Source: a virus
Strand: one strand, 5' to 3'
IMG/VR virus record: IMGVR_UViG_3300025117_000020
DNA length: 39,090 nucleotides
Shown: positions 8,356-15,690 of the stretch, one piece after another
How the letters are laid out: each line of letters begins with the position of its first letter
Position numbering within the stretch: the stretch's first letter is position 1
The notes under the pieces: model-generated
Databases searched by the model: none
Told to the model about the DNA's origin: nothing
What the model saw: the letters and a program-made list of their open reading frames with translations, nothing else
Made by a program: the position numbers and the translations under genes

Positions 8356-8768
8356 CAAAACAAATCCGAAAGATATTTTACGGAAAAGTGGCAAGCAACA
8401 AACTCGAGCTTGAGAACAAAGAGGGCTTCAAGTTTTGGTTACTAGGCTTGGAAGGTAGAGAAGTCGAGCTGACTGTCGGCGAAAAGCAACTCCGACATTA
8501 TGACGCAAGAAGTTTGCAACAAAACAAATACTACTGGGGCGTGATGATTCCGATACTAGGTAACTATTTCGGCATGACACATAACGAAACGCATGAGGCT
8601 CTCAAATGGCATTTTTTGAGGAAGGAAGACAAGAAGATTCCAACTATCCGAAGCACCACGGATTTATCAACAGTCGAGTTCGAGGAGTACATGAAACAGG
8701 TTAGAGTATGGGCTTCCGAGGAGTTTGGCACTTACATTCCGCAACCTAATGAACCATATGAATACTAA
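8352..8768 (+). CDS. ninB: NinB/Orf-family recombination mediator-like protein
   Basis: RSLQQNKYYWG ... STTDLSTVEFEEYMKQVRVWASEEFG resembles lambda NinB (RSLDQN ... STS..VGEF...). The ATG at 8352 overlaps the HNH stop (ATGA). Confidence 0.55.
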   Translation: MTKQIRKIFYGKVASNKLELENKEGFKFWLLGLEGREVELTVGEKQLRHYDARSLQQNKYYWGVMIPILGNYFGMTHNETHEALKWHFLRKEDKKIPTIRSTTDLSTVEFEEYMKQVRVWASEEFGTYIPQPNEPYEY

Positions 8769-8894
8769 ACCACAATACAATTCAAGAGGTCTGAGAAATG
8801 ATTTTCGCTTTACAATCCCAAAAAGAAGGTATATTATACAGGTACATTCAGGCTGTTAAGCCGTAATGAATACTAACACTAACCAAAAAAAGAC

Positions 8895-9011
8895 ATGAAA
8901 AACATTTCAGAAAAATCAAACACAATCGGAGTCACGCTGTTGCTTATCGCAATCGGCTTGTTCCTTTTTGTTTCAATGACTGACGCGCATACAATCGCAG
9001 ACTTTCGTTAA
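8895..9011 (+). CDS. Tiny membrane protein (38 aa)
   Basis: MKNISEKSNTIGVTLLLIAIGLFLFVSMTDAHTIADFR has one TM helix. It is preceded by the taaccaaaaaaagac leader. Confidence 0.4.
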   Translation: MKNISEKSNTIGVTLLLIAIGLFLFVSMTDAHTIADFR

Positions 9012-9107
9012 TGGCGGTATTGTTATACGAGGTGGTGCATTACTCGCATTTCACTCCAAAACCTCTGTAATGCGCTAAAAACAACTAAAACTTAAACAAT
9101 TACGGTC

Positions 9108-9353
9108 ATGACAACCACAAAAAAACAATTCAAAGCATTTACAGGCGAAGATCCTGAAGATGTTTTGGGCGGAGATTGGAGGCAAGAGTGCGACGCTTTC
9201 GATGATGGCGATGACAAGAAGTGTCCGGAGTGTGGCTCGCATGAAACTTGGATTGATACCGAATCAGATGAGGATGAAAATGGAACTGTTGTCGAGGGTA
9301 GAGAGTTCTTCACCTGTGCGGATTGCGGATATAGTTATGAATTGAAATTTTAA
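9108..9353 (+). CDS. Highly acidic zinc-ribbon protein
   Basis: 81 aa with CPECG ... CADCG and about 23 Asp/Glu residues (GEDPED, FDDGDD, ESDEDE). Confidence 0.65.
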   Translation: MTTTKKQFKAFTGEDPEDVLGGDWRQECDAFDDGDDKKCPECGSHETWIDTESDEDENGTVVEGREFFTCADCGYSYELKF

Positions 9354-9364
9354 AACAAACCAAA

Positions 9365-9727
9365 ATGAATAAAAAAAGTATAATCGAACTTGCAAAACAG
9401 CAGTCGCGAATGTTAGAGATTTTCTCTAACGGCGAGATATATATCGATATTTCATCAGTCGGATTAAAGCTAGTCGCTCCTGATAATATGAGAGAAGGTT
9501 TATCGCTTTTAACAGGGATGGTAAACGGAGAAAAAAGGAGTACGCCATGTAGGATTTTTACAAAAAAGATAAATAAATTCTTCGAGCTTTGTCACTTGAA
9601 TATAGTCGCGAAATTTGCCGTAGATGAGAAAATAGAATTTAGCGGTTCGGCTACCGATAAGAATAAATTATTACAGTTTTTCAAAATTATAGGAGGATAT
9701 GACATTAAAGATAAAGATTTATTTTAA
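9365..9727 (+). CDS. Hypothetical protein
   Basis: 120-aa ORF, A+T-rich. No motif was recognised. Confidence 0.6.
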   Translation: MNKKSIIELAKQQSRMLEIFSNGEIYIDISSVGLKLVAPDNMREGLSLLTGMVNGEKRSTPCRIFTKKINKFFELCHLNIVAKFAVDEKIEFSGSATDKNKLLQFFKIIGGYDIKDKDLF

Positions 9728-9742
9728 ATAACAAAAATAAAT

Positions 9743-10312
9743 ATGTTTCAAATCACACGACACATTGAGAGAAAAATAGATGAGAGGATGGTAAAATATC
9801 CATTCACGACTTACGACATAATCTTTTTAAAGCCTAATGAATCGAAACCAAACTGGTGCGCTTTGACTGATTATCTCAAGAGGATGTTTACAATGCCGAT
9901 ACCAATGCACGGCGATATGCCAAGCGCGACAAGAGAATTAGTTGTTGATGTAGCCGAGGAGTTTACCGATAAAGCATTCTGTAAAATGGTACAGGATTCA
10001 CAAGCAACCGGACTCGGCTCTAATCAGCACCCGACATTACAGAAATATGCTATGGAAATGAACCCGAAAATAATCGGTATTGAAGTACCGGTATATGATG
10101 AAAAATGGCTTGGCTTTATGGATTTATTAGAGTATGATAGAGCCACGGATAAGATAAAAATAATCGACTACAAACCAAATGCAAGTCGAGATAGAAAAGC
10201 ACCGGCTCAAACTCTACGCTACAAGGCGCTGTTCTGTAAGTGTGCGCAGGTGAGTCCGAAGGATGTTGAAGCGTTCTATGGTGACGATCAGAATTTCTAC
10301 AAAATAATTTAA
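9743..10312 (+). CDS. PD-(D/E)xK (RecB/Cas4-like) nuclease, probable exonuclease partner of RecT
   Basis: FMDLLEY ... IIDYKPN ... QTLRY correspond to motif II Asp, motif III D-x-K and QxxxY. The gene lies immediately upstream of recT. Confidence 0.6.
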   Translation: MFQITRHIERKIDERMVKYPFTTYDIIFLKPNESKPNWCALTDYLKRMFTMPIPMHGDMPSATRELVVDVAEEFTDKAFCKMVQDSQATGLGSNQHPTLQKYAMEMNPKIIGIEVPVYDEKWLGFMDLLEYDRATDKIKIIDYKPNASRDRKAPAQTLRYKALFCKCAQVSPKDVEAFYGDDQNFYKII

Positions 10313-10323
10313 CCAATACAAAC

Positions 10324-11181
10324 ATGACAACCAAAGAGTTGCCGTTACCGTTCGATGACAAGCCAACGGTAGCACCAGTCAAACAGGCAGAGCCAGTCAA
10401 GAAGGTAACAACAGCAGTACCGCTAAAACAGGCAATCGCACCTGTAAAACAAAAGGTAGTAATCGTACAGCCCACAGTCCGAGATTTGATTGAAGGCGAA
10501 TCTTTCAAAGCTCAAATCGCAAAGACCTTGCCGAAGCATCTTACACCGGATAGATTTATCCGAATCGCAATTACAGCGTTACAGAAGACTCCGGCGCTCG
10601 GTCAATGCAAGCAGGCTTCTCTATTCAATGCACTTCTTAATTTGAGTCAATTAGGATTAGAGCCGGATGGAAGGAACGCTCATTTAATTCCGTATAAAGA
10701 CCAAGTGCAGTTGATAGTAGATTATAAAGGCTTGGTGGAATTAGTTATGCGCTCTGGGAGTGTAAGCAACATCCATGCCGACATAATCTGTAACGAGGAT
10801 GAGTTTGAGTACGACAAAGGAGAAATCAAAAAGCATAAAATCAACTTCAAAAAGCCACGAGGCAAGATGTATGCGGTTTATGCGATAGTAAGATTCAAAG
10901 ATGGAAGCGAAAAAGCCGAGGTGATGACTGAAGATGAAGTGGTTAAAGTCAGAGCAAGGTCGAAGGCGGCAGGCTCAAGTTACTCACCTTGGAATACCGA
11001 CTTTAACGAAATGGCAAAGAAGACTGTCTTCCGAAGGTTGAGCAAGTGGCTTTCGATAAGCTCGGAATATAGAGATGCACTTACGCTTGATGATGATAGG
11101 TTTGAAGACATCGAAAAGCCGGAAGTCAAAGAAGTGCCAACAAAAGATTTTGCAGACCTCGCCGTAGATCCTAACTTTTAA
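10324..11181 (+). CDS. recT: RecT-family single-strand annealing protein
   Basis: The core FIRIAITALQKTPALGQCKQASLFNALLNLSQLGLEPDGRNAHLIPY...VDYKGL is typical of RecT. Confidence 0.85.
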   Translation: MTTKELPLPFDDKPTVAPVKQAEPVKKVTTAVPLKQAIAPVKQKVVIVQPTVRDLIEGESFKAQIAKTLPKHLTPDRFIRIAITALQKTPALGQCKQASLFNALLNLSQLGLEPDGRNAHLIPYKDQVQLIVDYKGLVELVMRSGSVSNIHADIICNEDEFEYDKGEIKKHKINFKKPRGKMYAVYAIVRFKDGSEKAEVMTEDEVVKVRARSKAAGSSYSPWNTDFNEMAKKTVFRRLSKWLSISSEYRDALTLDDDRFEDIEKPEVKEVPTKDFADLAVDPNF

Positions 11182-11186
11182 TCTAT

Positions 11187-11357
11187 ATGACAGAAGAAGA
11201 ATTGGAAGAAAAAATTGAATACCTTGAGAAGGAAATTGAAAAAGCAGGTGGCGAGATTGCAGAGAAGGATGAGAAGATTGAAGAATTAACAACCGAAAAA
11301 CAGGATTTAATCGGAGCACTCGCCGAGATTCAAAGGATTACAACAAAATATTACTAA
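11187..11357 (+). CDS. Small coiled-coil protein (56 aa)
   Basis: MTEEELEEKIEYLEKEIEKAGGEIAEKDEKIEELTTEKQDLIGALAEIQRITTKYY. The ATG ORF fills the gap between recT and the next gene. Confidence 0.5.
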   Translation: MTEEELEEKIEYLEKEIEKAGGEIAEKDEKIEELTTEKQDLIGALAEIQRITTKYY

Positions 11358-11367
11358 CACCAAAAAC

Positions 11368-11952
11368 ATGACGCTAACACCAGAGCAATTACAGGCAATC
11401 GAGCAGGATAAAACCAAGCTCGTAGCCAAGACGGACACACTCAATGAAGTAAAGAACAAGACACAACTGCAAGAAGGAGCAGAGTGGTTATGCTTTGCGC
11501 ACGATAGAGTTAAAAGAATCCAGCTACTCCAAGCCGAAAAAACCGCCCCTCTCAAGGAAGGACTGAAAGGAATAAATGATATGTTCAAAGAATTGATTAA
11601 GCCTTACGAAGAATCCAAAGCCAAGATGAAGGAGTTGATTAAAGGCTACATGGTTTTGCGAAGACAACAGGCAGTCAAGAAGTATCGAAGGCTCAAGGAA
11701 GAAGACCCGCTTGCGATTGTCGAGATGCCTGATCCTGTAGTGCAGACAACTCTCGGTAATGTTCATGTAAGAAGAACAAAACGAATGCAGGTTGATACCG
11801 AGAAACTACCAAATGAATTTTGGAAACTCGAAGTTGATGCCGAGAAGATTCAGGAAGCCATCAAGTCCGGTAACAGACCGGAAGGAGTCGAGATAATTGA
11901 AGACATTGATATTGTACCTCTTAACCATACAGCAATAAAAAATGAAAAATAA
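11368..11952 (+). CDS. Siphovirus Gp157-like protein
   Basis: 194 aa with a helical N-terminal part. The C-terminus ...EKLPNEFWKLEVDAEKIQEAIKSGNRPEGVEIIEDIDI resembles the Gp157-family tail. It neighbours recT, as that family often does. Confidence 0.45.
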   Translation: MTLTPEQLQAIEQDKTKLVAKTDTLNEVKNKTQLQEGAEWLCFAHDRVKRIQLLQAEKTAPLKEGLKGINDMFKELIKPYEESKAKMKELIKGYMVLRRQQAVKKYRRLKEEDPLAIVEMPDPVVQTTLGNVHVRRTKRMQVDTEKLPNEFWKLEVDAEKIQEAIKSGNRPEGVEIIEDIDIVPLNHTAIKNEK

Positions 11953-12172
11953 CATTGGAGATTTTGGATTAGCCTGTGCGCTCTTGGCACTCGGCTACAA
12001 ATTGATAGCAGTTGAAGGAGAAGGTAGGCACAAGACATTTACTTTCGATGTCGAATTTCAGCAAGAACTTTTTCTCTCGGACATCGACAAGTATTATTCA
12101 CACGATTTGAAAGTAGATCCGAATGAGTATTACATCAGGATGAGAGAACTGAAAACAAGAATGTATAACTAA
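11942..12172 (+). CDS. DUF5659-like small protein
   Basis: The pattern FGLACALLALGYKLIAVEGEGRHKTFTFD...VDPNEYYIRMRELKTRMY resembles DUF5659 as I remember it. Confidence 0.45.
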   Translation: MKNNIGDFGLACALLALGYKLIAVEGEGRHKTFTFDVEFQQELFLSDIDKYYSHDLKVDPNEYYIRMRELKTRMYN

Positions 12173-12192
12173 TTTTTTAATTTAAACACACA

Positions 12193-12351
12193 ATGGAAAA
12201 GAAAACATGGTTACAGAGCGACAGTATTATCAAACGCTCACTCGCAGTATTCGGATTGTGGTGGCTCGGCTACTTGATGATTATAGCCGTGTTCTTTATC
12301 TTCGCTTTTGCCTTCGGTCTATTGAGCGCATTGGCGACATCGATTCAATAA
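12193..12351 (+). CDS. Tiny membrane protein (52 aa)
   Basis: MEKKTWLQSDSIIKRSLAVFGLWWLGYLMIIAVFFIFAFAFGLLSALATSIQ has two hydrophobic segments. Confidence 0.45.
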   Translation: MEKKTWLQSDSIIKRSLAVFGLWWLGYLMIIAVFFIFAFAFGLLSALATSIQ

Positions 12352-12397
12352 AAAGCCTTAAGATATAAAAACAAAAATCACTAACAATCCAAAAAGA

Positions 12398-12754
12398 ATG
12401 GAAAACAAATTCAAAAAGCCGGCAGTAGTAGCAACAATCTGCGTATTCGCATTTCTCGCGATTATGGGCGTGATAATGACGACAGCTCGTACTTACGCGG
12501 TAGACGCTTCAAAATGCGCTAGTGGCGATGAAACAGCGTGTTACAGCGAAGCTACAATAAGACTTCAGGGCGCATACAACGATAATGAAATGCTGTTGAT
12601 TATGGCTCAAACTACTTATGAACAAGCGCAGTTTACTTTTGATGAGAATAAATCAAACCTAGCTTGGAGTAAATACAAGGACTTGAAAGACGGCGGTTAT
12701 CCTGATGCTGACAGGCTTAATGAACTCGGAACGAAAGCAGGGATAGTTTTTTAG
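12398..12754 (+). CDS. Membrane-anchored or secreted protein, possibly the N-terminal part of a frameshifted fusion
   Basis: 118 aa with an N-terminal TM/signal segment, VVATICVFAFLAIMGVIMT. It ends GTT TTT TAG on a T6 run, and the -1 frame stays open into 12856..13158. Confidence 0.6.
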   Translation: MENKFKKPAVVATICVFAFLAIMGVIMTTARTYAVDASKCASGDETACYSEATIRLQGAYNDNEMLLIMAQTTYEQAQFTFDENKSNLAWSKYKDLKDGGYPDADRLNELGTKAGIVF

Positions 12755-12855
12755 ATGAACCTGTAAGTTCTAAAACTGCACAAAACTATACAGAGCCGAC
12801 TGAAACTATACAGACCTGCTACAAGAAAGATGTCGATGAAGACCAGAACCAGTAT

Positions 12856-13158
12856 GTGAGATACGCCTCCTTGATAAGTAGCAACGATATAGACTTCCTC
12901 TCAACTCTCGAAGCCGAGAACGGGCTATGGACTCCAGATAGGCAGAGTGAAGTATATTCGAATGGAGTGCGTGAACAGAGTTATGGGTTCTGCCAAACCA
13001 ATGCCGTCTTCCACTCCGACATTGTGTATGATGATAGATTCTTCACGGATCCCGAATGGCAACTCGACCAGTGTTGGAGTATGTATCAGGGGGGCGTTGC
13101 TTTCTACGGGTATAACAACAGGTGGAAAGTCAAAGATAGATTCGTATGTCCTAACTAA
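12856..13158 (+). CDS. Lysozyme/lytic-transglycosylase-like domain protein (weak call)
   Basis: FLSTLEAENGLW ... EQSYGFCQTN recalls the catalytic Glu and the G-L-M-Q-type motif of GH23/SLT enzymes. The only start is a GTG, with no A-rich leader, 101 nt after the previous stop. Confidence 0.4.
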   Translation: MRYASLISSNDIDFLSTLEAENGLWTPDRQSEVYSNGVREQSYGFCQTNAVFHSDIVYDDRFFTDPEWQLDQCWSMYQGGVAFYGYNNRWKVKDRFVCPN

Positions 13159-13163
13159 AATAT

Positions 13164-13301
13164 ATGCAGAAAATACAAATCGAAGATATGGGATGTATGG
13201 GAATGCTGTTATTCCTTATGATTGTCGGCTTATATAGCATCGCCAGCGCCATACAATCAGTCGCGCATTCTATCGATCAGTTACAAACTTTAATTAAATA
13301 A
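13164..13301 (+). CDS. Tiny membrane protein (45 aa)
   Basis: MQKIQIEDMGCMGMLLFLMIVGLYSIASAIQSVAHSIDQLQTLIK. It exactly fills the gap before the ATG at 13303. Confidence 0.4.
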   Translation: MQKIQIEDMGCMGMLLFLMIVGLYSIASAIQSVAHSIDQLQTLIK

Positions 13302-13302
13302 T

Positions 13303-13932
13303 ATGAATAAACAATTAAGCCAATGCTGTAGCACGCCCGTTAAGACGGTGGGGAGTGGGGACTTCCACGAAAAGGATAGGGTCTGTACAATGCACTATGA
13401 ATGCAATGAATGTGGACAGCCTTGTAATATTGTTACCAGTGCGAAATTAAGACTTCCTACCGATCCGATACGCATTACCGATAAGGATTCAAAATGGCTA
13501 GAGAAGAAACTTAAGAAGAATGACAAGCGAACAAGGCTTACGAAACAAGAAAAGGAATTGCTTGAAGGGTCGAAGGAATTTGACAAGACGCTTATGGTAG
13601 ACGGCGCTAAATGTGAACGGTGGCGTAGGAAATTTATACTTGGAACGCAAACTTTGCCGAATGGTATGTATGCGCAAAAGAAACTCGCAACACCAGAAGA
13701 CAAGTACGGACTAGGCGACTTGTACGACAAGGCGTTTGCGAATGGAGAGAAGGCTGGCAAATCCGACACGATTAAGCGTATACAGGAGGAATTGGATGCA
13801 GTACACGCAATGGCTACAAGATATAGCGAATTAGACGAACAGGCTTTCCATGCAGCATTAACGACAATAAATCACCTCAATCAATTTCTTAAAACCTTAC
13901 AAGATGAAACTTCTGAATTACATACTTTGTAA
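13303..13932 (+). CDS. Hypothetical protein with N-terminal Cys cluster
   Basis: 209 aa with CC...C...CNECGQPC followed by a helical, charged C-terminal part. Confidence 0.65.
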   Translation: MNKQLSQCCSTPVKTVGSGDFHEKDRVCTMHYECNECGQPCNIVTSAKLRLPTDPIRITDKDSKWLEKKLKKNDKRTRLTKQEKELLEGSKEFDKTLMVDGAKCERWRRKFILGTQTLPNGMYAQKKLATPEDKYGLGDLYDKAFANGEKAGKSDTIKRIQEELDAVHAMATRYSELDEQAFHAALTTINHLNQFLKTLQDETSELHTL

Positions 13933-14290
13933 AATCTTCTTCCATAAACTGGAAGTCGTAAAAACTTATTACGGTGGAATATCCCAAAAGGTTTATTGCT
14001 TAAGATGTAAAAGATATTTTGGAATAAATCATAGTATCAGATGTTTCATTCCGTGGGATAGCGAATTAGAACAAACAATGAGTTTTATAGGAGCTACACC
14101 AACTAACCAAAAATTAAACATGAAAAACTGGAAAGAACAATTAACGGATATATTACAGTGCTCTACACCATCGAGTGATATAGACGATGTTGAAAAACTA
14201 ATCTCCCAAGTCGAAGAAGAAGCGGAGAAGAGGGGATATGAGAAGGGAGAAAATGACGCTTATGCAAAGATAGCTATGGGAGAAATTTAA
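13904..14290 (+). CDS. Hypothetical protein
   Basis: 128-aa ORF. An internal Met at 14120 has a consensus-like leader (aaccaaaaattaaac), so a shorter 56-aa product is also possible. Confidence 0.5.
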   Translation: MKLLNYILCKIFFHKLEVVKTYYGGISQKVYCLRCKRYFGINHSIRCFIPWDSELEQTMSFIGATPTNQKLNMKNWKEQLTDILQCSTPSSDIDDVEKLISQVEEEAEKRGYEKGENDAYAKIAMGEI

Positions 14291-14312
14291 ACCTGTAATT
14301 TAACAAAATAAT

Positions 14313-14951
14313 ATGACTGACTCAATCAACAACTCGAATGGCGTGTCCTCCAGCTATGGCGTGTCCTCCAGCGATGGCGTGTCCTACAGCGATGGCGTGT
14401 CCTACAGCGATGGCGTGTACTCCAGCGATGGCGTGTCCTACAGCTATGGCGTGTCCTACAGCGATGGCGTGTACTCCAGCGATGGCGTGTACTCCAGCGA
14501 TGGCGTGTCCTACAGCGATGGCGTGTCCTACAGCTATGGCGTGAAAGAATCTAAAGGAGTTTACAGGGCTATTTTTGCCCCAAAAAAAGAAGGTAAGCCG
14601 ACTATATTCGGTGTTGAAGTTTCGGGAGATAGATTTGACGAAGTCTTAAGTAGTATCCATAAAAAACAAGGTGGCTGGAAGCCAAGAGCCAATAATGCTT
14701 TCGAGTTATATCTTAAGGCTGGCTCGGAATGGAGTAAGGTTGACGCGAGTGACATAAAAAAGAAACAGAATATCTGGGAAGGTATGCCACAAGAATTGAT
14801 AGATTACATTAGAAGCCTACCCGAGTTTAATGCCGAATTATTTGAATGGCACACGGGAATTAAGGCGAACAACGAGAACGCAACTCGCAAGGCTGAAATT
14901 CTAAAGAAGATAGCCGAACTCAAAGCAGAAGCAGATAAACTTATTTCTTAA
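14313..14951 (+). CDS. Hexapeptide-repeat (GVSYSD)n protein with globular C-terminal domain
   Basis: 212 aa. Residues ~10-77 are 11.3 tandem hexapeptides. The C-terminal 135 aa are non-repetitive (...WEGMPQELIDYIRSLPEFNAELFEWHTGI...). Confidence 0.75.
   Translation: MTDSINNSNGVSSSYGVSSSDGVSYSDGVSYSDGVYSSDGVSYSYGVSYSDGVYSSDGVYSSDGVSYSDGVSYSYGVKESKGVYRAIFAPKKEGKPTIFGVEVSGDRFDEVLSSIHKKQGGWKPRANNAFELYLKAGSEWSKVDASDIKKKQNIWEGMPQELIDYIRSLPEFNAELFEWHTGIKANNENATRKAEILKKIAELKAEADKLIS
14340..14543 (+). repeat. 18-bp tandem repeat, 11 full copies plus 6 bp
   Basis: The unit is ggcgtgtcctacagcgat. Copies differ only by tcctac/tactcc/tcctcc and gat/tat. There are no spacers. Confidence 0.95.
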
Positions 14952-14961
14952 TTAAAATCGT

Positions 14962-15216
14962 ATGGATGAAGTCAAACAGTATGACACGCAGTCGCCATTC
15001 GGATTCGGGATTGCACTCGGAGCACTCCAAGATGGCAAGTCGGTTTCCAGAATCGGCTGGAATGGAAAGGGTCAAAAATTGACACTCCAAGTACCAGACG
15101 AAAATTCCAAGATGACACTCCCGTACATCTACATCACTACTGTTGATGGCAAGAATGTACCTTGGTTGGCGAGCCAAACGGATTTATTGACTTATGATTG
15201 GACGTTGGTAGAGTAG
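14962..15216 (+). CDS. DUF2829 domain protein (Tad2-like candidate anti-Thoeris sponge)
   Basis: FGFGIALGALQDGKSVSRIGWNGKG ... VDGKNVPWLASQTDLLTYDWTLVE shows the hallmark GWNGKG and VPWLASQTDLLxxDW motifs of DUF2829. Confidence 0.8.
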   Translation: MDEVKQYDTQSPFGFGIALGALQDGKSVSRIGWNGKGQKLTLQVPDENSKMTLPYIYITTVDGKNVPWLASQTDLLTYDWTLVE

Positions 15217-15230
15217 CTCTTTCACAATTT

Positions 15231-15465
15231 GACGCTCGATTTGCGGGGCTACTCTCCACAAGTTGCGCGTTCGAGGCTGGACAATCCAAGGCGGAAACGC
15301 AACGGTAAAACCAGCCAAGATAGAGGGGAGGGGCGAAAGCCCTGTGCGGCGACCTGCTAGCAAGGATTACCCGTTACCCTCTATCGGTACTTGAAATCTT
15401 GTACTGAGCGGATAATGGTGTTAGATAAAGTAACTTCTATCACGGGTACCTATCCGCTCGCTACA
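15231..15465 (+). ncRNA. Candidate structured non-coding RNA, family unknown
   Basis: G+C-rich segment with no plausible ORF. Two 9-bp helices pair 15319-15327 with 15377-15385 and 15406-15414 with 15451-15459. GGGC-GAAA-GCCC (15331-15342) and GCG-GAAA-CGC (15291-15300) are tetraloop hairpins. Further helices pair 15235-15239 with 15271-15275 and 15276-15280 with 15311-15315. The GNRA loops exist only in the + sense. Confidence 0.55.
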
Positions 15466-15498
15466 AGGATTCAAATATAACTTAACAAAAAAGACAGT

Positions 15499-15681
15499 AT
15501 GACCCACGATGTTCAAAGGACAATCGAAGCAATAATGCAATGCCGAGCCGAAAAAAAAGGTGCTGGTAGTATTGTATGCCCTAAATGCAAAGGGGTACTT
15601 AATTACACATGTGCGATAGGGTATAACGACCATACGGACGGGAAATGCCAGACAGAAGGATGTTTAAGCTGGATAGAATAA
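15499..15681 (+). CDS. Zinc-ribbon mini-protein
   Basis: 60 aa with CPKCKG ... GKCQTEGC. Confidence 0.6.
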   Translation: MTHDVQRTIEAIMQCRAEKKGAGSIVCPKCKGVLNYTCAIGYNDHTDGKCQTEGCLSWIE

Positions 15682-15690
15682 TAAAACAAA

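Noticed and set aside
9029-9075. Hairpin GGTGCATTAC / GTAATGCGC in the 96-nt spacer before 9108
   Set aside because: It is a 9-bp stem with a 23-nt loop and no U-tract. An alternative pairing (GAGGT with ACCTC) competes with it. The evidence is too weak to call a terminator or RNA element.
14340-14543. CRISPR-like array
   Set aside because: The repeats are only 18 bp, directly abutting with no spacers, and lie inside a reading frame. No cas genes are present.
14338-14544. Alternative-frame ORF (MACPPA)n across the 18-bp repeats
   Set aside because: It is a by-product of the tandem repeat being open in more than one frame. The frame starting at 14313 continues into a non-repetitive 135-aa domain and has a proper leader.
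15262-15282. GTTCGAG T-loop-like word suggesting a tRNA
   Set aside because: No 5-bp T-stem, D-arm, anticodon arm or acceptor pairing can be drawn around it. No other tRNA-like cloverleaf was seen by eye in the window.
15401-15420. TPP-riboswitch-like words (CTGAG followed by GGATAATGG) in the RNA candidate
   Set aside because: The two words are adjacent, not separated by the P3 helix. The ACCTGATCTGG and GCCAGCG context and the remaining thi-box architecture are absent.
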